Origin: an uncultured Flavobacteriaceae bacterium
GTDB taxonomy: Bacteria > Pseudomonadota > Alphaproteobacteria > Micropepsales > Micropepsaceae
Direction: 5' to 3'
DNA: 38,328 nucleotides
Assembly: GCA_964466435.1 (NCBI GenBank)
Contig: CAYXQB010000001.1
Coordinates: 1-38,328, forward strand
The position numbers were made by a program, and so were the translations under genes. A model generated the notes under the pieces. It was not told the DNA's origin, ran no database searches, and saw nothing but the letters and a program-made list of their open reading frames with translations. Below are positions 1 through 8,041 of this stretch, one piece after another (the first letter of the stretch is position 1; each line of letters opens with the position of its first letter).

Positions 1-503
1 AGGTCGAGATAACCGACGAGCGAACTGTACATCGTACGCGACATCAATAGCCCTTGATCGCCATACGGTAGTCCCAACTTCCGCGCGCGCCAGTTGGCAA
101 GCGTTTCCACACGCCGTGCTGCCTCCGATGCATCGTCGAGAGCAAACGTGAAGTGAGCGGCTTTGAGCGCGTTGCCTTTGCCCCGCATGAACGAGGTCAC
201 CGTCGTACTCCAAAACGGCTCAAGCGTGGTGTCGGCGTGCAGGAACAAAAGCCAGCGCCCCGTGGCCTCCTTTGCGCCCGTTGACAGTTGCACGCCGCGC
301 CCCTTTGGCGCTTGAACGACGCGCGCTCCACCCAGTTCGGCCCGCGCGACGGTATCGTCGCTAGAGCCGCCGTCGACCACGACCACATCGATCGCAAGAG
401 TCTCCCGTGCCTCTTCGATCGCAGCCAATGTCGATGACAGCCGCGCGCCTGCATTGAGCGTCGGGATAATGATGGTTAGGTCGATGGCGACGGGTCCCCT
501 CAT
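1..503 (-). CDS. Glycosyltransferase family 2, 5' part only (runs off the left edge)
   Basis: Absent from the ORF track because no stop lies inside the window. Reverse-strand ATG at 503-501. Hand translation: MRGPVAIDLTIIIPTLNAGARLSSTLAAIEEARETLAIDVVVVDGGSSDDTVARAELGGARVVQAPKGRGVQLSTGAKEATGRWLLFLHADTTLEP...RKLGLPYGDQGLLMSR. The IIIPTxN, VVDGGSxD, LFLHADT and LPYGDQG motifs are GT-A/GT2 hallmarks and resemble the TIGR04283-type subfamily. Confidence 0.75.
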   Translation of the reverse strand, partial: MRGPVAIDLTIIIPTLNAGARLSSTLAAIEEARETLAIDVVVVDGGSSDDTVARAELGGARVVQAPKGRGVQLSTGAKEATGRWLLFLHADTTLEPFWSTTVTSFMRGKGNALKAAHFTFALDDASEAARRVETLANWRARKLGLPYGDQGLLMSRTMYSSLVGYLD

Positions 504-518
504 GGGTGCAGTCTCTGC

Positions 519-548
519 CATGGCCGGCTGAGACCAGCCACCAACTGG
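519..548. repeat. Degenerate copy of the REP-like hairpin motif (catggccgg..agccacc..gg)
   Basis: catggccggctgagaccagccaccaactgg aligns by eye at roughly 70% with the 38187-38217 repeat arm. It contains its own GGCTG/CAGCC hairpin and sits 16 nt upstream of the GT2 start. Confidence 0.3.
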
Positions 549-800
549 AAGCGGAGCGGTGCGCACGGCCGACGCAAAACCCATGACGAATCACCAAACG
601 GAAGCTCGAACCTAACGCGGGCCGCCCAGCGCGGGGCGGGTCGAAAGCACGCCCGGGCTGCGATCTCGTGCGCCTTGTGCCCACGCTGCAACCGCGTGCG
701 GTCTGAGTGTCGCCGTCAACGGCAGCCGAGGCTGAGTTGCCAGAAGGCCAACACGCCCCAAAAAGCGAAGGAGTAAGCTAGAAAGCGGAGAACTTAGCGC

Positions 801-829
801 TTGCCATAGTAACAAGCTCGTACTATTTA
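801..829 (+). promoter_or_regulatory. Candidate sigma70-type promoter (TTGCCA-N17-TATTTA)
   Basis: TTGCCA at 801-806, 17-nt spacer, TATTTA at 824-829, in a locally AT-richer patch about 45 nt upstream of the 872 start. Confidence 0.3.
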
Positions 830-871
830 CCTTGTAATAGCCGCAATCGCGGTGGTTTTGGGAGGTAGGTT

Positions 872-1114
872 ATGGGCGACCTGTTCGGGGCGTTGATCGC
901 ATTCCTAGTTCTTCTTTTGATTGCACCGATCGTCATCTTCGCGGTGCTCATCGGTCTGGGCTTCGCCGCAGTGGGTGTGGCGATCAGTTTGGCCTTTGCG
1001 ATCCTCGGGATTGCGATCGAGCTTCTGGTGTGGACCGCGCCGTTCCTGCTCGTCTTCGGGCTCATCTACCTGATCTTCCGCCCGTCGCCGAAGCGCGATC
1101 TGGCGCGCCAATAA
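872..1114 (+). CDS. Small hydrophobic membrane protein (80 aa, about 3 TM segments), unknown function
   Basis: ORF preceded by GGGAGG 6 nt upstream of the ATG. The sequence is almost entirely hydrophobic helices with a basic C-terminus (RPSPKRDLARQ). Confidence 0.55.
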   Translation: MGDLFGALIAFLVLLLIAPIVIFAVLIGLGFAAVGVAISLAFAILGIAIELLVWTAPFLLVFGLIYLIFRPSPKRDLARQ

Positions 1115-1168
1115 CGCATTCAATCGCGATTGAGAGATCGCTAGGGTGTCCCGCGAAACGGGGCACCC

Positions 1169-2209
1169 ATGAATTTCAAGAGCGACAACACCGCGCCGGC
1201 AGCACCAGAAATTCTCGCCGCGCTCGCCCGCGCCAACGACGGCGTCGCGAGCAGCTATGGCGATGACCAGGTCACCGACCGCCTAAAGGCCAAACTCTCC
1301 GCACTGTTCGAGAAGGACGTCGCTGTCTTCCCGGTCGCCACCGGCACCGCCGCCAACTCGCTTGCGCTCGCGACAATGACGCCGCATTACGGCGCAATCT
1401 TTTGCCACGAGGGCGCCCACATCCACGTTGACGAGTGCGGCGCGCCGGAGTTCTACACCCAAGGCGCCAAGCTCGTGCCGCTGAAGGGTGCGCGCGGAAA
1501 GGTGACACCGGAAGCCGTGAAAGCGGCGTTGGCACATCACCAACGCGGTTTCGTGCATCACGCGCAGCCCGCGACGATCTCGATCACCCAAGCCACCGAA
1601 CTCGGCACGGTATACACCGCGACGGAACTTGAAGCCCTGTCGCGTCTCGCGAAGAGCGAACGGCTCAGCCTCCACGTCGACGGCGCCCGCTTCGCCAATG
1701 CAATCGCCCACCTGAAATGCTCGCCAGCTGAGGCTACCTGGAAGTCCGGCGTCGATGCACTTTCGTTTGGCTTCACCAAGAACGGGGCCATCGCAGCCGA
1801 AGCCGTGATCTTCTTCGACCCGGATCGCGCCGCCGACATCGCCTATCGGCGTAAGCGGGCAGGGCACCTGTTCTCGAAGATGCGCTACCTCTCGGCGCAG
1901 ATCGAAGCGATGCTGGATGCAGGTCTTTGGCTCAAGCTCGCGGCCCGGGCTAACGCAGCCGCGACGCGGCTGGCCGACGGCCTGCGCACGGTTCCTGGCG
2001 TGACGCTCGAACACCCCGTCGAAGCCAACGAGCTCTTCGTTCGTCTCCCCTCGATCGCCGCGATGAAGGCGCTCGAGGCCGCCGGCGCAAAGTTCTACGA
2101 GTGGGAGCCGCCGACAGAGGGGCGCCCGTTGCTACGCCTCGTATGCGCATTCTCGACGACGGATGCAGAGGTGGATGCCTTTTTGGCGGCCGCGCGCAAA
2201 GCGGTGTGA
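1169..2209 (+). CDS. ltaE: Low-specificity L-threonine aldolase (beta-eliminating lyase / PLP fold-type I family)
   Basis: 346 aa. N-terminal FKSDNTAPAAPEILAAL..ANDG..SYGDD and TGTAANSLALA are typical of the threonine aldolase family PF01212. Confidence 0.8.
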   Translation: MNFKSDNTAPAAPEILAALARANDGVASSYGDDQVTDRLKAKLSALFEKDVAVFPVATGTAANSLALATMTPHYGAIFCHEGAHIHVDECGAPEFYTQGAKLVPLKGARGKVTPEAVKAALAHHQRGFVHHAQPATISITQATELGTVYTATELEALSRLAKSERLSLHVDGARFANAIAHLKCSPAEATWKSGVDALSFGFTKNGAIAAEAVIFFDPDRAADIAYRRKRAGHLFSKMRYLSAQIEAMLDAGLWLKLAARANAAATRLADGLRTVPGVTLEHPVEANELFVRLPSIAAMKALEAAGAKFYEWEPPTEGRPLLRLVCAFSTTDAEVDAFLAAARKAV

Positions 2210-2232
2210 AGCGACGTGCCTCCAAAAGAGGG

Positions 2233-2267
2233 GGCCGAAGGCGGGCGAGAGAAGACCGCCTCCGGCC
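2233..2267 (-). terminator. Intrinsic terminator between the convergent ltaE and fasciclin genes
   Basis: 12-bp stem with one mismatch, GGCCGAAGGCGG / CCGCCTCCGGCC. On the minus strand it is followed by CCCTCTTTTGG. Confidence 0.5.
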
Positions 2268-2282
2268 TGCCGAAGTTCTGGG

Positions 2283-2834
2283 TTACTTCGGCATCAGAAC
2301 GCGATCAATCGAGTGGATCACGCCGTTCGACTGGATTACGTCGTAAACGCTGATGTTCGCGGCGGCGCCCGTCGCATCCTTGACGACGATATTGACCGGG
2401 CCGTTCATCTCGGCCGTCAGCGTGCCGCCGGCAACCGTTTTGAGCGTTGCCTTGCCGCCGCTGCGCTTAATCTCGTTGCGGATGTCGTTGTAGGTCATGC
2501 GGCCCGCGACGACGTGATAGGTCAAAACGCCGGTCAGCGCGCCCTTGTTCTCGGGCTTGAGCAAGGTTTCGACGGTGCCGGCCGGCAGGGCCGCGAACGC
2601 CGCGTTCACCGGCGCGAACACCGTGAACGGACCTTTGCTCTGCAGCGTTTCGACAAGACCGGCCGCTTTCACCGCGGCGACGAGCGTGGTGTGATCGGCA
2701 GAGTTCACGGCGTTCTCGACGATCGTCTTGGTCGGGAACATCGCCTGGCCGCCGACCATGACGCTGGCAAGCGCAGCGCCGGAAAGCAGAGCCGAAGCAG
2801 CAATTGCCAGAACGGTTTTGCGTGCGAAAGACAT
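2283..2834 (-). CDS. Secreted fasciclin (FAS1) domain protein
   Basis: 183 aa. Signal peptide MSFARKTVLAIAASALLSGAALA. Carries the FAS1 motifs TVFAPVNAAFAALP and VIHSIDRVLMP. Confidence 0.85.
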   Translation of the reverse strand: MSFARKTVLAIAASALLSGAALASVMVGGQAMFPTKTIVENAVNSADHTTLVAAVKAAGLVETLQSKGPFTVFAPVNAAFAALPAGTVETLLKPENKGALTGVLTYHVVAGRMTYNDIRNEIKRSGGKATLKTVAGGTLTAEMNGPVNIVVKDATGAAANISVYDVIQSNGVIHSIDRVLMPK

Positions 2835-3030
2835 TGTGACTTCTCCATTTCAGACAAAGTTTGATCGCTACCGGAAAGCACCATGCTCGCCGGATGAAAA
2901 TCGCCCGAGTGTTTCGGGAACGGCTGCGAACGAAGCGGTGAGCCTCTTTGTTCTCTGCGGGTCGCCCGCGTCGTTCGCTGCAGTCGGCCTCTTCTACGCA
3001 CGCCTCTCGAATTGGGTTGCGCCGAATTCG

Positions 3031-3056
3031 GCAAAATCGCTCACGACGGCGTGAGC
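3031..3056 (-). terminator. Possible intrinsic terminator downstream of the ceramidase-like gene
   Basis: GCTCAC-N6-GTGAGC hairpin at 3039-3056, followed on the minus strand by GATTTTGCC. Lies 87 nt after the stop at 3143. Confidence 0.35.
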
Positions 3057-3142
3057 TCCGCAAATCAGCGCGGCAATTGTGACGAACAAACAAATCCGCG
3101 CGTGGCGATGATCCGCAAGCGGAGACAGACGTACGAGCGGAC

Positions 3143-3820
3143 CTAGTGAGGAGCAGTTCGAGGAGTAGGCGCCACTTCGCGAAGCTTCATGATCGTGAGC
3201 AGCGACATGAAGGCCGCCGCCGAAAGGAACATGTGCCAGAGGAAATGCGACCCAACGCCGAAGGTCTGGCAAGACCAGGTATCGGCGGAGCGAAACGTCA
3301 ACGCGACGATCGCCGAGAGTAGCGCTGCCCCACCCAACACCGCCGCCTCGCGGGAGATCGCAGCACTTTGGGCGATCAACCAGATCGCCAAGCCCACGAT
3401 TGCGACGGCCGTCCCCGCCATTCGGCCGGGCATCGGCAATCCAAAGTCCACAAACCGCATCGCCAGTGTCGCCGCAACGAACGCCCCCATGGCAAGCAAG
3501 ACGTGCGGCCAGGGTGCCACGCGCCGCGCCCAGACGATGGCTGCCACAAGAACGAAGATCAGCGCCGGCAGGACGTCGAGCGTCAACGACCAGCGGGTGC
3601 GAAGTCCGTGCCAGAGAATGCTTCCGACGCCGTTCGTCATCAGCAGCGCGCACAGGACGTAGAGTTCGATCGCTCTCGGCGCGCGCCGCATGACTTGAAA
3701 CAGCGCCAATATCCCGAAAACGACGATGACCCCGCTTGAGATCGCGTTCGCAGGCTCCACGGGAAAGAGTCCCGTGATCGTCTCGGGCGTCTCGCAGTAA
3801 GTGGGGCCGAACCGTTCCAT
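3143..3820 (-). CDS. 7-TM membrane protein, alkaline-ceramidase-like (PF05875-like)
   Basis: 225 aa polytopic protein. N-terminal YCE...EPANAISS, SILWHG...LDVLP and GSHFLWHMF match my recollection of the conserved ceramidase/PAQR-type His motifs. Confidence 0.5.
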   Translation of the reverse strand: MERFGPTYCETPETITGLFPVEPANAISSGVIVVFGILALFQVMRRAPRAIELYVLCALLMTNGVGSILWHGLRTRWSLTLDVLPALIFVLVAAIVWARRVAPWPHVLLAMGAFVAATLAMRFVDFGLPMPGRMAGTAVAIVGLAIWLIAQSAAISREAAVLGGAALLSAIVALTFRSADTWSCQTFGVGSHFLWHMFLSAAAFMSLLTIMKLREVAPTPRTAPH

Positions 3821-3871
3821 GTCATCTCTTTTGGCAAACGAGCGTACGTCGCTCAGGTAGCGGCATCTTCC

Positions 3872-5440
3872 TCAACCCGGCGGCCGCGCTCGGCCGACGA
3901 TAATGCGTCCATCGAGCGTCGGCGCCACCGTGCCCTTCGCGCGGATGTAGGCCATCACGACGTTCGCAATGAGGTCGGCTTCGGCTTCGCCCACCAAAAT
4001 CTTGCCGGACTTCAACGCAGTGTAACCATCCCCGCCGCTCGCAAGATAGTCGTTGGTCGCAAGCCGGTACTTGGCCTTTGGATTGAGTGGCTTGCCGTTC
4101 ACGGTCACGCCGGCGACCCGCTGCCCGGCAGCGCGCGAGACATCCGCTTTGATCCGCATCCCCGATACCTGCGGGAAGCGCCCCACTTCGTTCTCCGCGC
4201 CTGTAAAGCCTTGCTCCAGCGCCTCCTTCAACTGCGCGCCGGTGAGTTCGAGGACATAGGCCTTGTTCAGAAACGGCAGCTCCGTCAGCACATCCTTGCG
4301 CGTCAACTGTGTGCCGGCCGGATAGACCTTTCCGCCACGAAAGCCGCCGCCGTTGATGAGCACGACATCTGCCTTCGTCGCGTCTCTCACGGCATCCGCG
4401 AACAGATTGCCGATCGCGGCCTCCCCGCCGCGCACGGTCGCGTTCCGGCTGTCGAGTTCCGTTGCCGTCGTGCCGATCGGTTGCCCAAGCTCTGCTCCAA
4501 GCTCTTTGGTGTACTGTGCGACACGCGCCTCGACCTCCGGATCGGGCGTCGCGTCGGCCGTGTCGATGAAGCGAAAATGCGGCCACCAGCGGACCTTGCG
4601 CTTGCCGTCGCCCTTGTCTTCGACCGACACTTTCAGGTCGATCGCCGCGACCATCATCCCGTCTTCGCCGGACTCGACGATCGCGGTCTTCTCGTTGAAG
4701 TTCATGTAGAGGTCGTGGTCGTGCCCGGACAGGATCACATCCGCAACGCCCGACGCATAAAGCTGCTGATCGAGCGCCCGGTCGGCATGCGGCACGAGTA
4801 CGATCAAGTCTGCGCCGGCCTTGCGCAACCGCGCAGCCTCGCGTTCGGCCGTGTTGACGCTGTCTGAGAACTTCAAGTTGCCGGGCTTCGACGAAACGGG
4901 CGAGTTGTCGGCCGTCACGCCGATGACGCCCACCTTTACTGACCCGAAATTCACAATGGTCGAGTCCGCAACGCCCGGGATCGGTTGACCGCTTGCGTTC
5001 CGCAAATTGGCGGCCAGAACGCGTGCCTTGAACTCGCCCATGCGCTTCAAGAACACATTGGGTCCGAAGTCGAACTCGTGGTTGCCGGGAACGAACAGGT
5101 CGAGCGGTGTCATATTGAACAGATCGACAATGTGGGCCCCCTGGTCGAAACCCGACATCAGCGAGGGCGAAATCGTGTCCCCCGCATGCAAGACAAGCAC
5201 GTTCGCATGCCGCGCCTTTTCCGCCTTGAGAACGGCCGCGATCCGCGCCATGCCGCCGCGCCCGTTTTCGGCCTCCATCTTGTAAACGTCGCACACGAGT
5301 ACGAGTGTGATTTGGGTCTCGTTCGTCGCGTTGGTCGCAGGTTGTTCCGGCGACGACGCACAAGCGGGCATGGTGACCGCGATGCAGAGCACCAGAAGGG
5401 CACGCAGAAGTCGCATCGAAATCGCTCCAATCGCTCTCAT
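3872..5440 (-). CDS. Periplasmic bifunctional metallophosphatase / 5'-nucleotidase (UshA family)
   Basis: 522 aa. Signal or lipoprotein-like N-terminus (LVLCIAVTMPACASS). Calcineurin-like motifs LHAGDT and GNHEFDFG, plus a C-terminal 5'-nucleotidase domain (DYLASGGDGY). The start may instead be the internal Met at 5416. Confidence 0.85.
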   Translation of the reverse strand: MRAIGAISMRLLRALLVLCIAVTMPACASSPEQPATNATNETQITLVLVCDVYKMEAENGRGGMARIAAVLKAEKARHANVLVLHAGDTISPSLMSGFDQGAHIVDLFNMTPLDLFVPGNHEFDFGPNVFLKRMGEFKARVLAANLRNASGQPIPGVADSTIVNFGSVKVGVIGVTADNSPVSSKPGNLKFSDSVNTAEREAARLRKAGADLIVLVPHADRALDQQLYASGVADVILSGHDHDLYMNFNEKTAIVESGEDGMMVAAIDLKVSVEDKGDGKRKVRWWPHFRFIDTADATPDPEVEARVAQYTKELGAELGQPIGTTATELDSRNATVRGGEAAIGNLFADAVRDATKADVVLINGGGFRGGKVYPAGTQLTRKDVLTELPFLNKAYVLELTGAQLKEALEQGFTGAENEVGRFPQVSGMRIKADVSRAAGQRVAGVTVNGKPLNPKAKYRLATNDYLASGGDGYTALKSGKILVGEAEADLIANVVMAYIRAKGTVAPTLDGRIIVGRARPPG

Positions 5441-5543
5441 AGGGGACAGGACCCAAGACTGACGGATTCGTCAAGCAATCGACAAAAAATTCGGGGACAC
5501 AGGTTCATTGACGTGCGCCCCGTCGAAGCCTAATTTCGGGGCC

Positions 5544-6221
5544 ATGGCTCGTCTAGCAAGAGCGGTGGCGCCCGGTGCGCCCCATCACATACTGCAACGG
5601 GGCAATCCCGGGCAGCGGATTTTCGCGACCGATCGGGATTACAAGGAGTATATCGCCCTTGTGGCTGAGGGCTGCTCGGCCGCGCGCGTGGGTGTCCTTG
5701 CGTACTGCCTCTTGCCCAAGCAGGTGCACCTCATTCTGGTCCCGCAAAGCCCCAAGGCGTTGCGTCAGGCACTGGGCGAAGCCCACCGCCGCTTCACCCG
5801 CGCGATGAATCAGCGCCGCGAAAAGGAAGGCGGCCTGTTCCGCGGACGTTTCTCGTCCTTCCCGATGGATCAGGACTCGTTGCCCCTGGTCACCCGGTTT
5901 GTCGAACAAGCTCCCGTTCGCGGCCGCGTCGCCGCAAAGGCGGGCGGATGGAAATGGTCCAGCGCGACGGCGCACTTAAAGGGCAAGGGCGACGGGTTTG
6001 TCGATGCAAAGGGCCTGGGTAAGGGCGCTGCGGCATGGAAGGCCGAGTTGGCCAAGCTGTTGACCCCGGCTGATCTCAAGATGATCGCCGCCTGCGAACA
6101 CACGGGCCGCCCGCTCGGCTCGGCCGCGTTCGTGAAGTCGCTTGAGAAAAAACTAGGCCGCACGCTCGCGCGCCAACGTCCGGGCCCAAAGCCCAAGGCG
6201 AAGAAAAAGCCCAAACGCTAA
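5544..6221 (+). CDS. Y1/HUH (IS200-like, COG1943/PF01797-like) transposase-related protein with substituted catalytic motifs and a Lys-rich tail
   Basis: Start taken at MARLARAVAPGAPHHILQRGN, which is the family-typical N-terminus. Carries YCLLPKQVHLIL, FRGRFSSFPMD, TRFVEQAPVRGRV..WKWSS, TGRPLGS and a C-terminal KPKAKKKPKR. Confidence 0.7.
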   Translation: MARLARAVAPGAPHHILQRGNPGQRIFATDRDYKEYIALVAEGCSAARVGVLAYCLLPKQVHLILVPQSPKALRQALGEAHRRFTRAMNQRREKEGGLFRGRFSSFPMDQDSLPLVTRFVEQAPVRGRVAAKAGGWKWSSATAHLKGKGDGFVDAKGLGKGAAAWKAELAKLLTPADLKMIAACEHTGRPLGSAAFVKSLEKKLGRTLARQRPGPKPKAKKKPKR

Positions 6222-6224
6222 GAG

Positions 6225-7151
6225 CTATTGCGCCGCGCGCCGAAGCGCGACGTCCGGCGTGCGCGCCTTGATAAAGGCCGCCGCCCGCGTGAGCGAGACC
6301 TTGGATTCCGGCAACTCGGGCAGGCCCTGGAACAGGTGCGGCATGCCCTCATAAACCTCGACATTCACGTTGATGTTTGCGGCCGCCGCGCGCTCGCCCA
6401 GTCGGCTCGCATCGTCCTTCAGAACCTCAAGGCTTCCCGCATGGATCATCATCGGCGGCATTCCGCGGAAGTCGCCGTAGTGCGGCGAAGCGAACGGCTC
6501 CGCTGGCGATGCACCCTTCAGGTAGTGCCGCGCGCATGTCGCCAGAAGTTCCCAGCTCAATGCATCGTCGGAGCTTTTGTTTTTGAGCATCGACCAACCG
6601 GACAGCGTCATGTCTGCCCACGGTGAGAAGCAGAGCGCGGCCGCAGGCAGCGGCAAACCCGCGTTGCGCAAAGCGAGCAGCGTCGCAAACACCAACCCGC
6701 CGCCAGATCCGTCGCCAGCAAACACGATGTTCGCGGGCGTAATGCCTTGCGTGAGCAGCCAGCGATAGGAATCGGCCGCATCGCGAAGCGCGGCCGGATA
6801 CGGAAACTCCGGCGCCAAACGATACTGCGGAACCAGTGCCCGCGCGCTCGCGGCGTGCGCAAGGCGCGAAATCAACGGACGATGGCTTTCCGGCGATCCG
6901 GCGATGAAGCCGCCGCCATGGAAATAGAGAATGACCCGACGGCCCGTCGCCGACTCCGGCACAACCCATTCGCCGCGAATGGCGCTGATCAAGACCGGCT
7001 GCACATCGACGCCGGCCTGCACCGGTCCGAAACCGGCCCAAAATTGTTTGATGTGTTCGCGCAGCTCTTCAATGCTCGCGGACGGATCGAACGAGGCCTG
7101 GCGCCGCGCCAACGCGGGACGGCGACTGAAGGTACGCGGCCAATTCATCAT
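6225..7151 (-). CDS. Alpha/beta hydrolase, hormone-sensitive-lipase-type esterase
   Basis: HGGGF oxyanion motif and GDGSGGG nucleophile elbow (a GDSAGG variant). Start placed at MMNWPRTF (7151). The ORF is open up to 7244. Confidence 0.8.
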   Translation of the reverse strand: MMNWPRTFSRRPALARRQASFDPSASIEELREHIKQFWAGFGPVQAGVDVQPVLISAIRGEWVVPESATGRRVILYFHGGGFIAGSPESHRPLISRLAHAASARALVPQYRLAPEFPYPAALRDAADSYRWLLTQGITPANIVFAGDGSGGGLVFATLLALRNAGLPLPAAALCFSPWADMTLSGWSMLKNKSSDDALSWELLATCARHYLKGASPAEPFASPHYGDFRGMPPMMIHAGSLEVLKDDASRLGERAAAANINVNVEVYEGMPHLFQGLPELPESKVSLTRAAAFIKARTPDVALRRAAQ

Positions 7152-7298
7152 ACTGGAGCTGCCCCGAACAGCATTACGACGACGGCTCCCCCCGTGTTCA
7201 GCGAAGAAACCGTTGCGCCCAATCGCAACCGCTCCCTCACGCAACCAACACTACAGGAGCGATACACGCTTGAGAATCACTTTCTCAACAGGCGGTGG

Positions 7299-7342
7299 AA
7301 AAAACGCAAGAGGCTGCAAGGTGATTCGCGCGCAGCCTCTTG
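7299..7342 (-). terminator. Intrinsic terminator of the first Hsp20 gene
   Basis: Perfect 11-bp stem CAAGAGGCTGC / GCAGCCTCTTG, followed on the minus strand by CGTTTTTTCC. Confidence 0.65.
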
Positions 7343-7378
7343 TGCAAAACGACTCAACTTGTGAACGTTCTTACACGT

Positions 7379-7855
7379 TCATGCACTGCGAACGGGTATT
7401 TTTACTGTCTTCTCCTTGACCTGCGCCGGCTTCGCAATCGTCACTTTAAGCAGGCCTTTGGCGAAGTTCGCTTTCACAGCCTCCGAATCTGCCGCGAATG
7501 GCAACCGGACCGAGCGCGCGAAGCTGCCAAACGACCGTTCGACAAGGTGGAAGTCGGCCTTCTTCTCCTCCCGTTCGCTTTTCTTCTCGCCGCGGATCGT
7601 CAGAACATCGTCCCGCAACACGACGTCGACGTCCTTCTCGTCGATGCCGGGAAGCTCGGCCGTCACTTCGATCGCCGCATCTGTCTCGGCCACGTCGATC
7701 CGTGGCGAAACTTCCCCTTCGACCAAGCGGGTGGGCCACCCGCGGCCGAACTCGTTGAACATGCGGTTGATCTCTTTCTGCATCGCCACGAACGGGTCGC
7801 CGTCGTCGCGGCGCGCGACATCGGTATTCCACGAAAAAGGTATCAGCGAACGCAT
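7379..7855 (-). CDS. Small heat-shock protein, Hsp20/alpha-crystallin family
   Basis: Alpha-crystallin core: PRIDVAETDAAIEVTAELPGIDEKDVDVVLRDDVLTIRGEKK...ERSFGSFARSVRLPF...KGLLKVTI. Start placed at MRSLIPF (7855), preceded by GGAGG. The ORF is open up to 7951. Confidence 0.85.
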   Translation of the reverse strand: MRSLIPFSWNTDVARRDDGDPFVAMQKEINRMFNEFGRGWPTRLVEGEVSPRIDVAETDAAIEVTAELPGIDEKDVDVVLRDDVLTIRGEKKSEREEKKADFHLVERSFGSFARSVRLPFAADSEAVKANFAKGLLKVTIAKPAQVKEKTVKIPVRSA

Positions 7856-7937
7856 GGAAATGGCCTCCGTATCAGTCTCAAATTGTCCGAAAAGGCCCGC
7901 GGTGGTCTCGGAAAACCTCCGCAAACCTTGAGTTTCG

Positions 7938-7966
7938 AGATAGGAACGCACTGTGCGTGCTGCAAG
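7938..7966 (-). promoter_or_regulatory. Candidate RpoH (sigma32)-type promoter, CTTG-N18-CCTATCT
   Basis: Minus strand reads CTTGCAGCACGCACAGTGCGTTCCTATCT. This fits the alphaproteobacterial heat-shock consensus CTTG-N17/18-CYTATNT and lies about 80 nt upstream of the Hsp20 ATG. Confidence 0.45.
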
Positions 7967-8041
7967 TGTTTTTGACCTGGATCAACGTTGTGTTCGCCGC
8001 CCGTTAATGATTAGTCGCCTCCCCGCCGTCCGGAGTGTCAG

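Noticed and set aside
3822-5474. 550-aa ORF overlapping the 5'-nucleotidase gene on the same strand
   Set aside because: It is an alternative frame of the UshA-like gene. It is extremely Arg/Gly-rich and carries no motifs. The 522-aa frame carries the metallophosphatase signatures.
7856-7937. Canonical ROSE RNA thermometer upstream of the first Hsp20 gene
   Set aside because: I expected ROSE because of the gene class and the taxon. I could not find the conserved U(U/C)GCU stretch pairing with the SD, nor the typical final hairpin. I keep only the sigma32-like promoter call.
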